Positions 1-8,106 of a stretch of DNA of 27,625 bases are shown piece after piece. Each line of letters opens with the position of its first letter. Position 1 is the stretch's first letter. A program made the position numbers and the translations under genes. The notes under the pieces were generated by a model. That model was not told where the DNA came from. It searched no databases and was given only the letters and a program-made list of their open reading frames with translations. This DNA comes from Gaiellaceae bacterium (lineage in GTDB: Bacteria > Actinomycetota > Thermoleophilia > Gaiellales > Gaiellaceae): the NCBI GenBank assembly GCA_050698195.1, contig JBOHBD010000309.1:1-27625 (forward strand), given 5' to 3'.

Positions 1-147
1 ACGCAGCGGCCCCTGCGTGTGGCGAGCGGCGCGACCGATCGCCCCCCCGACTACTTCCTGCCGGGCCGGGTGGACGAGGTCGCCGTCTACGCGAGCGCCC
101 TCTCGACCGCCCGCGTGCAGGCGCACCACGCGGCGGGCAGCCAATAA
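1..147 (+). CDS. 3' end of a LamG-like jellyroll (concanavalin A-like) domain protein, truncated by the window edge
   Basis: Frame 1 reads TQRPLRVASGATDRPPDYFLPGRVDEVAVYASALSTARVQAHHAAGSQ* (TAA at 145-147). The F-x-x-G-x-V-D-E-V-A-V-Y-x-x-A-L-S pattern is typical of Laminin_G_3 C-termini. Not in the supplied ORF track. Confidence 0.75.
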   Translation, partial: TQRPLRVASGATDRPPDYFLPGRVDEVAVYASALSTARVQAHHAAGSQ

Positions 148-157
148 TCTGACGTGG

Positions 158-1147
158 TTAGTCTTTGAGTCTGGCCCGACGTCTCAATGCGAGCCGAGTC
201 CCTCCCGGCACCAGCAGTACGCACAGCGTCGCCCACACGCGCCAATGCAGCACCAGGGATCGATCCAAGTCGAGCAGTTGAAGAACACCGCGAATCGCTC
301 GGCGCCGCTGCCTTGCAGCGGCCAGCGTAACCATCGAAGAACAGATTCGGTCGGCGGTGACCCGTCGAGCGAAAGACTGAGTCTCGCTGCCGTATCCCCT
401 CGCGCCGTCGAGCCGGCTGCGCCTGTACGTCGCGACGAAGTCGGGACGGGACCATGATCGGAGCCGAGCCTGGTCGTCGTGTTGCCTTGCCAGGTACAGC
501 GCCTCCGGCGAGAAGACGAGTCCACCGTGAGCGGCGATGCGGAGGTACGCCTCCTCGTCGGGCGAATGAGGATACGCGTCTGAGAAACCGCCGAGCGAGA
601 GGGCTCTCTCGCGGTGGAGCACCACGCTCCCGCAGCAGTGCCGATTGCTTCCGAGCAGGAACCGTGCAGCGTCGGCGCCGGTGAGGTGTGTCGTGCGCTT
701 CTCGGCTGACGCCAGAGGTGTGTCCCGGACACTGTCGACGCCTGACTCCGGCGAAATGCTCCGAAAACCGGAAGCGAAGAGCGAGGCGTCCGGTCGATTC
801 AGCCGAGCCTCGAGAATCGCGGTGTAGAAGTCACGGGTGACGAGATCGTCCTGGTGGAGGATGTGGACGAGCTCTCCGGCTGCGGTCTGGAGACATCTAT
901 TCCAGGTTGCGGCCAGGCCGGATTCGTCCGCGCCCCCGTCGACACGGACACCCTCCGGGACCTCGATCTCGGGCACGTCGCCGCCGGCGGCGTCGAGGAC
1001 AAGGATGACCTCGGCGTCGCGCGGAACCGAGTCGAGCGCAGACCTCAGCGCCGCTGTCAGGTATTCGCTGCGCGGCTTGTAGACGGGAATTGTGACGGAG
1101 ATGAGCATCCTCGATGTTGCGTTGCGTTCTCTCGGTCGCCCGATCAC
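158..1147 (-). CDS. Glycosyltransferase family 2 (GT-A fold)
   Basis: ISVTIPVYK, EVILVLD, GLAATWNRCL, ILHQDD and GGF...SPDEE motifs. GTGA overlap with the upstream stop supports the start at 1147; an alternative ATG lies at 1108. Confidence 0.9.
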   Translation of the reverse strand: MIGRPRERNATSRMLISVTIPVYKPRSEYLTAALRSALDSVPRDAEVILVLDAAGGDVPEIEVPEGVRVDGGADESGLAATWNRCLQTAAGELVHILHQDDLVTRDFYTAILEARLNRPDASLFASGFRSISPESGVDSVRDTPLASAEKRTTHLTGADAARFLLGSNRHCCGSVVLHRERALSLGGFSDAYPHSPDEEAYLRIAAHGGLVFSPEALYLARQHDDQARLRSWSRPDFVATYRRSRLDGARGYGSETQSFARRVTADRICSSMVTLAAARQRRRAIRGVLQLLDLDRSLVLHWRVWATLCVLLVPGGTRLALRRRARLKD

Positions 1148-2043
1148 CGAAATAGCCGACTTGCTCGAAGCGCGGAGGTCAAGGCTCCGATTTGGGAGGT
1201 CTTGGCCGCCAAGCAGTCACCGTCCGAAAAGTCGACCGACTGGAATGGGCGCACCCCCATACGAGTGGAGAACCGGTAGAAGTGCGAGTATCCAAACTCC
1301 CGTAGCGGATCGATGACGTCGACCGATGCGAGCCCGCGTGCGCGCAGGCATTCGCCGTTCACTTCGAACGCGATCACCGGCGCATCGCGTGCGGTCAGCA
1401 TGCGCTCTGCGCCTGCGAAGACGTCCGGCTCGAAGCCCTCGACATCGACCTTCATGAACCGGATGGTGTCGACGCCGTTGTCCATGCAGTACTGATCCAG
1501 ACGCCTGACCTCGCACCGGTGCCGCACGGTGTCGGTGCGACCGAGGTCGGACGCCGTCGCATGCCCGTGCGGGAGGCCCTCGAAGGTGTGAATCGCGAGC
1601 GAGCCTTGCTCCCTCCCCAGGGCGAGCTGGTTCAGGTGGACATGAGAGCCGACGCCGTTCAGGGCGAGTGTCTCGACCGCGAGCTCGTGGATGAACCGAA
1701 CGGGCTCGAAGGCGTGCACGCGTCCGTGTTCGCCCACCCAGCGGGCGAACAGAGCAGTGAACCACCCGAAGTTCGCCCCGACGTCGAAGACGACGTCACC
1801 CGGACGCACGATCCGCTTGTAGATCTTCGTGTGGTAGGGCGCGTAATCGCCCCAGAAGTACACGTCCTTGTACATCCCGTCGCGTGCCACCCTGATACGC
1901 AGACCTTCGCGGGTGTCGACCACACGGCCGTCCGGGATCTGGTCGACCGATCCCCGGAGCAGGGGCACTCGTCCGCGGAACGGCATGAAGGGGTAATGGC
2001 GGGCAAGCGCCCGTGTGATGCTGCGCGTCTCCCCGGCCGGCAC
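1144..2043 (-). CDS. FkbM family SAM-dependent methyltransferase
   Basis: VVFDVGANFGWF, VHAFEP and FMKVDVEGFE are FkbM/Methyltransf_21 signature motifs. Confidence 0.93.
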   Translation of the reverse strand: MPAGETRSITRALARHYPFMPFRGRVPLLRGSVDQIPDGRVVDTREGLRIRVARDGMYKDVYFWGDYAPYHTKIYKRIVRPGDVVFDVGANFGWFTALFARWVGEHGRVHAFEPVRFIHELAVETLALNGVGSHVHLNQLALGREQGSLAIHTFEGLPHGHATASDLGRTDTVRHRCEVRRLDQYCMDNGVDTIRFMKVDVEGFEPDVFAGAERMLTARDAPVIAFEVNGECLRARGLASVDVIDPLREFGYSHFYRFSTRMGVRPFQSVDFSDGDCLAAKTSQIGALTSALRASRLFR

Positions 2044-2049
2044 TTCGGC

Positions 2050-3129
2050 CTAGCGTATCCGTGAACCGACGATGCGCCCGAGTCTCGTGCCCGCGCGGGC
2101 GGCGGCTCCGGCCCAGAGCGCGAGGCGACCCGCGATGCCCTGCGCGAGGGCGACCGTCTCGAGCCGGGGGTCCTCGTGCGTAAAACGGAACTTGAACTCC
2201 TCGGCCCCGCGGCCGAAGCGGTACTCGGTCGCCCCTTCCTCGAGCGCCGAGCGAATCGTGTGCGCTAACAGCACGAAGCCGACCGAGAGCCGCTCGTAGG
2301 CCGGGTCGCGCCCCGCTTGATAGTAACTCGTGACCGCCCCGACCTGGAACCCGTGCCAGGCGGCGACCGGCCGCCCGTCCAGCTCGAGCAGCCAGAGTCG
2401 CAGCCATCCCCGCTCCAGTGCCGTGCCCGCGGCTTCGCGCTGGAACGGGGTGTCGGCGAAGTCGGTCCGGCGCGAGCCCCAGCGGGCACGGTGGAGGGCG
2501 AAGAGCGTGTCGAGGTCGCGCTCGAGCGAGGTCTCGTCCGCCAGCCGCAACCGCACGCTTCCACGGCGCTCGAGCTCGCGCGTACGGCGTCGCAGCTGCT
2601 GCCTGAAGTTCGCGCTGCGCCCGGCGAGGTACGCCTCCCAGCCGCCGTCCGGAACGCGGAGGACAGGGCTCGACTCTCGGCGCCACGTGCTCCCATTCAA
2701 GTGCTCGTTCCAGCGCTCGTCTCCGGGCAGCTGCTCGCCGAAGAGCACGTCCCACCGGAGCCCGGTGAGGGCTGTGTGCAGTCCGCGTGCCGCCACTTCC
2801 GCGGCGCCGCGGGCATAGACGGGCCCGAGCTCGTCGCCGGGCCCGTGCCCGAGGAAGCGGACGATGCGAGGCCAGCGCCGTCGCCAGACGTACAGCGGGA
2901 GGACGGCGACGAGCCGTCCGTCGTCCGACCTCACTGCGTGCAGGAGAAGCTCCCGGCCGCCGCCGAAGTGCCGCCACCACGCGTTATTCCACTCCCAGGT
3001 CGCGAAGATGCTGCCGCCCTCGGCGAGCGCGCCCCACTCGCTCCGCAGGGGTTCGAAGGAATCAACGCGCTCCACGCGCGGTACAACTTCGGCCTCCGCC
3101 ACCGATCTGGGTCCAGTGTGAGCGCTCAC
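2050..3129 (-). CDS. GNAT family N-acetyltransferase, CelD/BcsL (Acetyltransf_6) type
   Basis: SIFATWEWNNAWWRHFG, WEAYLAGRSANFRQQLRR, YYQAGRDP and YRFGRGAEEFKFRF. The start may be GTG 3102 instead of 3129. Confidence 0.85.
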   Translation of the reverse strand: MSAHTGPRSVAEAEVVPRVERVDSFEPLRSEWGALAEGGSIFATWEWNNAWWRHFGGGRELLLHAVRSDDGRLVAVLPLYVWRRRWPRIVRFLGHGPGDELGPVYARGAAEVAARGLHTALTGLRWDVLFGEQLPGDERWNEHLNGSTWRRESSPVLRVPDGGWEAYLAGRSANFRQQLRRRTRELERRGSVRLRLADETSLERDLDTLFALHRARWGSRRTDFADTPFQREAAGTALERGWLRLWLLELDGRPVAAWHGFQVGAVTSYYQAGRDPAYERLSVGFVLLAHTIRSALEEGATEYRFGRGAEEFKFRFTHEDPRLETVALAQGIAGRLALWAGAAARAGTRLGRIVGSRIR

Positions 3130-4149
3130 GTGCCGCTATCCAAGCGTGTCAGACGCGTCATCGGGCGCACCGCCGGCATGCCACTCGGCATTTCGGCGCT
3201 CCTGCTCCTGCGCCTGACGCGGCGGCACGCGGGCGTCGCGCTGATGTACCACAGCGTCGCGGCCCGCGCAGGCGATCCGGATCGTGAGCTCGTTCCCCCG
3301 CACGAGTCGGGGCTCTTCGAACGCCAGCTGCGACATCTCCGGCGGCACTACGACGTCGTGCCGGCCGCCCGGCTCCAGGAAGCGGCGCGTACGCGGCGAC
3401 GCGGACAGCGATTCCCCGTCGCGATCACCTTCGACGACGATCTCGCCTGCCATGAGAGCGTCGCCCTGCCGATCCTCCGGCGCACCGGCGCGACGGCGAC
3501 GTTCTTCCTCTCGGGGGCGTCCCTCGAGCGCCCGTTCGCGTTCGACTACGAACGCCTCCAGCGAGCAGTCGACGAGCGTGTGCCGGCGGTGCCCGCGCTC
3601 GTCACCGGGACCCCGGGAGCAACCGAGCCGTCGCGCATCCACGAGCTGAGCCTCGTGCTGGAGCTGATGACACCCGAGGATCGGGACGCTGCCGCCGCGC
3701 GTCTCGGCGACGCGGTGGGGCCGGACCCGCCTGACGCCGGGATCCGTGCCGAGCAGGTTCGCCGGCTCGCCGACGCGGGCATGACGGTCGGCTTCCATAC
3801 CTACCGGCACCACTCGCTCACCGGGCTCACCGACGATCAGCTCGCACAGGCGATGGACATGGGGCGCGACATTCTGGCGGAGGCCGCGGGCGCTCCGGTC
3901 GACACGATCGGCTACCCGCACGGCCGGGCCGACGAGCGGGTGGCTGCGGCCGCGCGTGCAGCCGGCTTCCGTGCAGGCTTCACGACCCGGCGAGTGCCGG
4001 TTACTCCGCAGTCGGACCCACTCCTCCAGGGTCGTGTCGGGCCCTCGCTGCACTCCGTGGGCGGGCTCGCGCTCGAGGTCGTGCTCACGCTGCTCAGGTG
4101 GTCCGGAAGCGCGCGACCCAGTCCGGCTCGTCAACGGCCAGCTTCCTGA
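3118..4149 (+). CDS. Polysaccharide deacetylase (NodB/CE4 family)
   Basis: LMYHSV, VAITFDDD, ATFFLS, GFHTYRH (HxxxH metal site) and YPHG. This is the C-terminal part of ORF 2317..4149; the real start is probably GTG 3118, GTG 3130 or ATG 3178. Confidence 0.88.
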   Translation: MSAHVPLSKRVRRVIGRTAGMPLGISALLLLRLTRRHAGVALMYHSVAARAGDPDRELVPPHESGLFERQLRHLRRHYDVVPAARLQEAARTRRRGQRFPVAITFDDDLACHESVALPILRRTGATATFFLSGASLERPFAFDYERLQRAVDERVPAVPALVTGTPGATEPSRIHELSLVLELMTPEDRDAAAARLGDAVGPDPPDAGIRAEQVRRLADAGMTVGFHTYRHHSLTGLTDDQLAQAMDMGRDILAEAAGAPVDTIGYPHGRADERVAAAARAAGFRAGFTTRRVPVTPQSDPLLQGRVGPSLHSVGGLALEVVLTLLRWSGSARPSPARQRPAS

Positions 4150-5074
4150 GCGTCGATCGACGCTCCGTCGCGGCAACCCGTCTCGACAGCTCGACGAGCG
4201 TTTCGGGCGCGAGCGAGCCCAGGGCACGCGGGATCGCGCCGACGTCCCCGTGCCGGCGCACGCCGCGCAGGTACGTCCGCGCGGCCTCCCACCGGCGGCC
4301 GGCGCGACGGTGGCCGCGCGCCACCCAGCGGGTGAAGAGCGCACGGTCGAAATCGACGCCGTACCTCTCGCTCGCAGCCCGGTGCTTCTGCGCCAGGTAC
4401 TCCATCTCGGGGAAGACGTCGCGGCGGTCGGTGAGCAGCATGCTCGCCTCGTGCATCACGTAGCCGACGAGGATCTCCGGTGCGGCGGCGGCCGGCCCCG
4501 CGAGGGCGAGCCTGATCCAGAGATCCCAGTCGGCGAGCTGGAGCAGGCGCTCGTCGAACCCGCCGAGATCGCGCACGAGGTCGGTGCGCGCCATGACGTT
4601 GGAGCAGCCGCACCAGATCACGTTCCAGCGCAGGAGCTGCCGGGTGACGGTCTCAGGGTCCGGCGGCTCGACGGCGAAGAGGAAGCGCCGCCCGGAGTCG
4701 AGCCCTCCGCCCGCCGCGTATGCGAACACGGCGTGTGCCGCGGCGGCCGCGTCGAGCTGGGCACGGAGCTTGCGCGGGGACCAGAGGTCGTCGTCGTCCA
4801 GGAAGCTCACCCAACGTCCCCGCGCGGCGCCGATGCCCGCGTTTCGGGCTGCCGCCACCCCGAGTGACGATTCGTTTCGGAGGGCCCGGAGCCGTGGATC
4901 GTCGATCTCGGCGAGACGCTCGGGAGTCTCGTCGTCCGAGCCGTCGTCGACGACGATCACCTCGTGGTCGACGCCCTCCTGGCCGAGAGCGGCGGGGAGC
5001 GCGGCTGTCGACAGCAGCTGCCAGCGGCTGCGAGTGGGAATCACGACCGAGACGTCGCAGGCGAAGTCAGGCAC
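4094..5074 (-). CDS. Glycosyltransferase family 2
   Basis: VSVVIPTR, EVIVVDDGSDD, ARNAGI, FLDDDD and GGFDE...DWDLW. Confidence 0.93.
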   Translation of the reverse strand: MPDFACDVSVVIPTRSRWQLLSTAALPAALGQEGVDHEVIVVDDGSDDETPERLAEIDDPRLRALRNESSLGVAAARNAGIGAARGRWVSFLDDDDLWSPRKLRAQLDAAAAAHAVFAYAAGGGLDSGRRFLFAVEPPDPETVTRQLLRWNVIWCGCSNVMARTDLVRDLGGFDERLLQLADWDLWIRLALAGPAAAAPEILVGYVMHEASMLLTDRRDVFPEMEYLAQKHRAASERYGVDFDRALFTRWVARGHRRAGRRWEAARTYLRGVRRHGDVGAIPRALGSLAPETLVELSRRVAATERRSTLRKLAVDEPDWVARFRTT

Positions 5075-5819
5075 GTCGAGGCTTGCGTGCGGTCAACGTC
5101 AGGTTCATCGGGAGCGCCGCGGGACCGTCGTTGACGGCCTCCGCCCGCTGCAGCGCGAGGCCGACGGCGTTCACGAGCGCATAGCCGGACGCAAATACGG
5201 CCCCGGCGATGCGCCTCACGGATGTCGCGCCGATCCTCTGCTCCAGCCCGTGGATCAGCGACCCCGTGAGGACGGTCCACGTGATGGTCCGCCCACCGTC
5301 CTCACGAACCCGCACGTCGTCCCAACCCGCGAACAACGTACGAAGCTGCTGCTCGGTGTAGCGGCCTTCGAATGCGACGCGACGGTCGTACTCGTGGCCG
5401 AAGACGAGGCTGACGAGCGCCGTTCCACCCGGGCGAAGGACACGGGCGAACTCGGAGACCGCCGAGTCGGGATCTGCCATGAACTGGAACGCCTCGATGC
5501 AGGTGAGGAGATCGAACGACTCGTCCGGAAACGGCAGCAGCTCGTTCGAGACGACGTCGGCGACGCCGTACGGGTTGCCCTCGACGTCGAGACCGACGCA
5601 GCGAGCGCCTGCCGGGAGCAGGTCTTCGTAGGGGCGTGAGCCGCACCAGACGTCGAGCACGTCCCGAACCGGCCCCGGGATCTCCGCGATCGTCTCGCGG
5701 AGCCCCTTCACGAGCGCGCGGAGATGGAGGTAGTCGTACTGCGTGATCGCTGGATGCCGACGCGATCGGCGAATCGCCCGCAGGGTGTCAGGGGAGGGGG
5801 TCAGTGGTCCGCCGGCCAA
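5067..5819 (-). CDS. Class I SAM-dependent methyltransferase (Methyltransf_11-like)
   Basis: VLDVWCGSRPY, LPFPDESFD and RVLRPGG motifs. TTG start is uncertain. Confidence 0.88.
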   Translation of the reverse strand: MAGGPLTPSPDTLRAIRRSRRHPAITQYDYLHLRALVKGLRETIAEIPGPVRDVLDVWCGSRPYEDLLPAGARCVGLDVEGNPYGVADVVSNELLPFPDESFDLLTCIEAFQFMADPDSAVSEFARVLRPGGTALVSLVFGHEYDRRVAFEGRYTEQQLRTLFAGWDDVRVREDGGRTITWTVLTGSLIHGLEQRIGATSVRRIAGAVFASGYALVNAVGLALQRAEAVNDGPAALPMNLTLTARKPRRA

Positions 5820-5838
5820 CGCGGACTACATTGTCGCC

Positions 5839-7161
5839 CTGCGCACCGACGAGGCAAGCAGGACCGAGCCGCGGGAGGGACCGACATCCCGCCCTCCCAC
5901 CGTGGCGCTCCTTCCCTGGGGTGACGTCTTCCACGACTTTCTGGACCGGCTCGGCGTCTCGCTCGAGGAGTTCCGCGACGAGTTCACGGGCAGCTGGATG
6001 TTCGGATATGCCGCCGCGCTCGAGACGGCCGGTGTCCGCACGCTGATCGTCTGCCCCACGACCAGCGTGCGGTCGCCGCTCCGCACGATCCATGCGCCGA
6101 CCGGCGCGGGGATCGTCTTCCTGCCCGCACCCGCGGGTTTCGCGGGACTGCGCGCCCACGCGCTGGAGGGCCGGCTGAACGGGCGTCGCGACGTCCGATC
6201 GCTCGCCCGCGCAGCCGCCACCCACATCGCGCCCTATCTCGGCACGCCGCCGATCGCGCTCGGGCGGCTTCTCCGCGACGAGGAGTGCGCCGCGCTCCTC
6301 TGCCAGGAGTACGAGGACCCCCGCTTCGACGTGTGCGTTGCCGTCGGCCGTGCGATCGGCGTTCCGGTGTTCGCCACGTTCCAGGGCGCGGACTACCAGC
6401 TGAGCAAGCTCGAGCGGCCGCTCCGCCCGCTGACGATTCGCGCGTCCGCGGGGCTCGTCGTCGGACCCACGAGCGAGGCGGAGCGCGTGTCGAGACGATA
6501 CGGCCTTCCCGGCGGGAAGCTTGCGCGGGTGTTCAACCCGATCGATGTGTCGGTCTGGCGCCCGGACGACCGCGCCGTCTCACGTGCCGCCCTCGGGCTC
6601 CCCGAGTCCGCCGAGATCGTCGTCTGGCATGGGCAGGTGCAGATCCGGCGAAAGGGCCTCGACGTCCTTCTCGACGCGTGGCCGGCGGTTGTGGGATCGC
6701 GACCGGGACGAGACTCGAGGCTCGTGCTCGTCGGCTCGGGCGAGGACGTGGCTGAGGTCCGCGACGTCGTCGAGCGCAGGGCGCTCTCGGGCGTGCAGCT
6801 CGTCGACGAATGGGTGCAGGATCGGGCCCGGCTCCGAGGGATCCTGTGCGCCTCGGACGTCTACGCGTTTCCCTCGCGCCACGAGGGACTCCCGGTCGCT
6901 CCGCTCGAGGCGATGGCCTGCGGCCTCCCCGTCGTCGCAGCCGACGCACAGGGGGTTCGAGACGTCGTCGCCGACTGTGGCGTCGTGGTTCCACGGGGCG
7001 ATGCCGGTGCGCTCGCCCTCGCACTGGGTGCGCTGCTCGACGACGCCGACCGGCGGTTGGAGCTCGGCCGAGCTTGCCGCCGCCGCGCGGAGGACCACTT
7101 CTCGCTCGACGTCGTCGGGGCGCAGCTCCGCGGGTTTCTGATCGATGGGAGTCGATCGTGA
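5839..7161 (+). CDS. Glycosyltransferase family 4 (GT-B fold)
   Basis: RRKGLDVLL and FPSRHEGLPVAPLEAMACGLPVV (EX7E motif). The ORF track starts it at 5743, overlapping the divergent gene; CTG 5839 (6 nt after TACATT) or GTG 5901 is more plausible. Confidence 0.88.
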   Translation: MRTDEASRTEPREGPTSRPPTVALLPWGDVFHDFLDRLGVSLEEFRDEFTGSWMFGYAAALETAGVRTLIVCPTTSVRSPLRTIHAPTGAGIVFLPAPAGFAGLRAHALEGRLNGRRDVRSLARAAATHIAPYLGTPPIALGRLLRDEECAALLCQEYEDPRFDVCVAVGRAIGVPVFATFQGADYQLSKLERPLRPLTIRASAGLVVGPTSEAERVSRRYGLPGGKLARVFNPIDVSVWRPDDRAVSRAALGLPESAEIVVWHGQVQIRRKGLDVLLDAWPAVVGSRPGRDSRLVLVGSGEDVAEVRDVVERRALSGVQLVDEWVQDRARLRGILCASDVYAFPSRHEGLPVAPLEAMACGLPVVAADAQGVRDVVADCGVVVPRGDAGALALALGALLDDADRRLELGRACRRRAEDHFSLDVVGAQLRGFLIDGSRS

Positions 7162-8015
7162 CCCGGATCGCGTACATCGTCTCCGCGTATCACCTGCCGG
7201 GACAGCTCGAGCGGTTGCTCCGACGTCTCGCAGCACCCGACGTCCGCTTCGCGGTCCATGTCGACCGGAAGACGCGGCGAGCCGTCTACGAGGAGATGGT
7301 CGAGCGTACGCGCGATCTCGAGGTCGCCTTCCTGCCGCGTCACGTGTCGCATTGGGGCGGGTTCGGTCACGTTCGGGCGACCCTCAAGGGGATCGATCAC
7401 CTCGTGAGGGAGCGCGTGCCGTTCGACTACGCCGTGCTGCTGACCGGCCAGGACTATCCGCTGCGCTCTCCGCACGCGATCGCCGCCGTTCTCGGAGGGG
7501 CGAGCGGACGCTCGTTCATGAACCACTGGGCGCTGCCGTATCCACCGTGGGGCGATCGGGGCGGGCTCGACCGGATACAGGACTGGCACCTGATCACGTA
7601 CCGTCGACTCCACCTCGCCGTGCCCCTTCGCCGCCGGCTGCCGCTCGGGCTCACACCCTACGGAGGAGGCGCGTACTGGTGCCTTTCGAGACCGGTCGTC
7701 GACCACGTGCACGGGTTCGTGCACGCGAACCCCGGCTACGTCCGGTTCTTCGAGCACGTGCTCATCCCCGACGAGCTCTTCTTCCAGACGATCGTCATGA
7801 ACTCGCCCCTCCGCGACTCCGTCGAGAACGACAACCTCCGTTACCTGGACTGGTCGCGCGAGCCCGGTCCTGCCGTGCTCGTGCGGGACGACGTGCCCGC
7901 GCTCGTCGCCTCGCACAAGCTGTTCGCCCGGAAGTTCGACGAACGGATCGACGCCTCCCCTCTCGATCTGCTCGATGCTCACATCGATGGTGAAGGGAGC
8001 CGGAGCGTCGATTGA
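7158..8015 (+). CDS. Beta-1,6-N-acetylglucosaminyltransferase-like protein, Core-2/I-branching family (GT14)
   Basis: IAYIVSAY, VHVD, VSHWGGFGHV, LLTGQDYPL, GGGAYWCLSR, PDELFFQT, NLRYLDW and LFARKFD. GTGA overlap with the GT4 stop fixes the start. Confidence 0.9.
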   Translation: MTRIAYIVSAYHLPGQLERLLRRLAAPDVRFAVHVDRKTRRAVYEEMVERTRDLEVAFLPRHVSHWGGFGHVRATLKGIDHLVRERVPFDYAVLLTGQDYPLRSPHAIAAVLGGASGRSFMNHWALPYPPWGDRGGLDRIQDWHLITYRRLHLAVPLRRRLPLGLTPYGGGAYWCLSRPVVDHVHGFVHANPGYVRFFEHVLIPDELFFQTIVMNSPLRDSVENDNLRYLDWSREPGPAVLVRDDVPALVASHKLFARKFDERIDASPLDLLDAHIDGEGSRSVD

Positions 8016-8106
8016 CACCCCGCAATTTGTCGAGACGGTCGGGGAGGGCTCGAGTACGACGTCGACCAGAAGGAGGTGGAAGACTTCGCGACTGCCGCTT
8101 GATCAG

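Noticed and set aside
2317..3117. N-terminal 267 aa of the 610-aa ORF, suggesting a fused deacetylase
   Set aside because: Lies antisense to the GNAT gene; deacetylase-like sequence begins only after about 3118.
8012..8102. Perfect TTGACA -35 and a tmRNA-like tag ending FATAA
   Set aside because: No -10 at 16-18 nt spacing, and no tRNA-like ends or room for a tmRNA.
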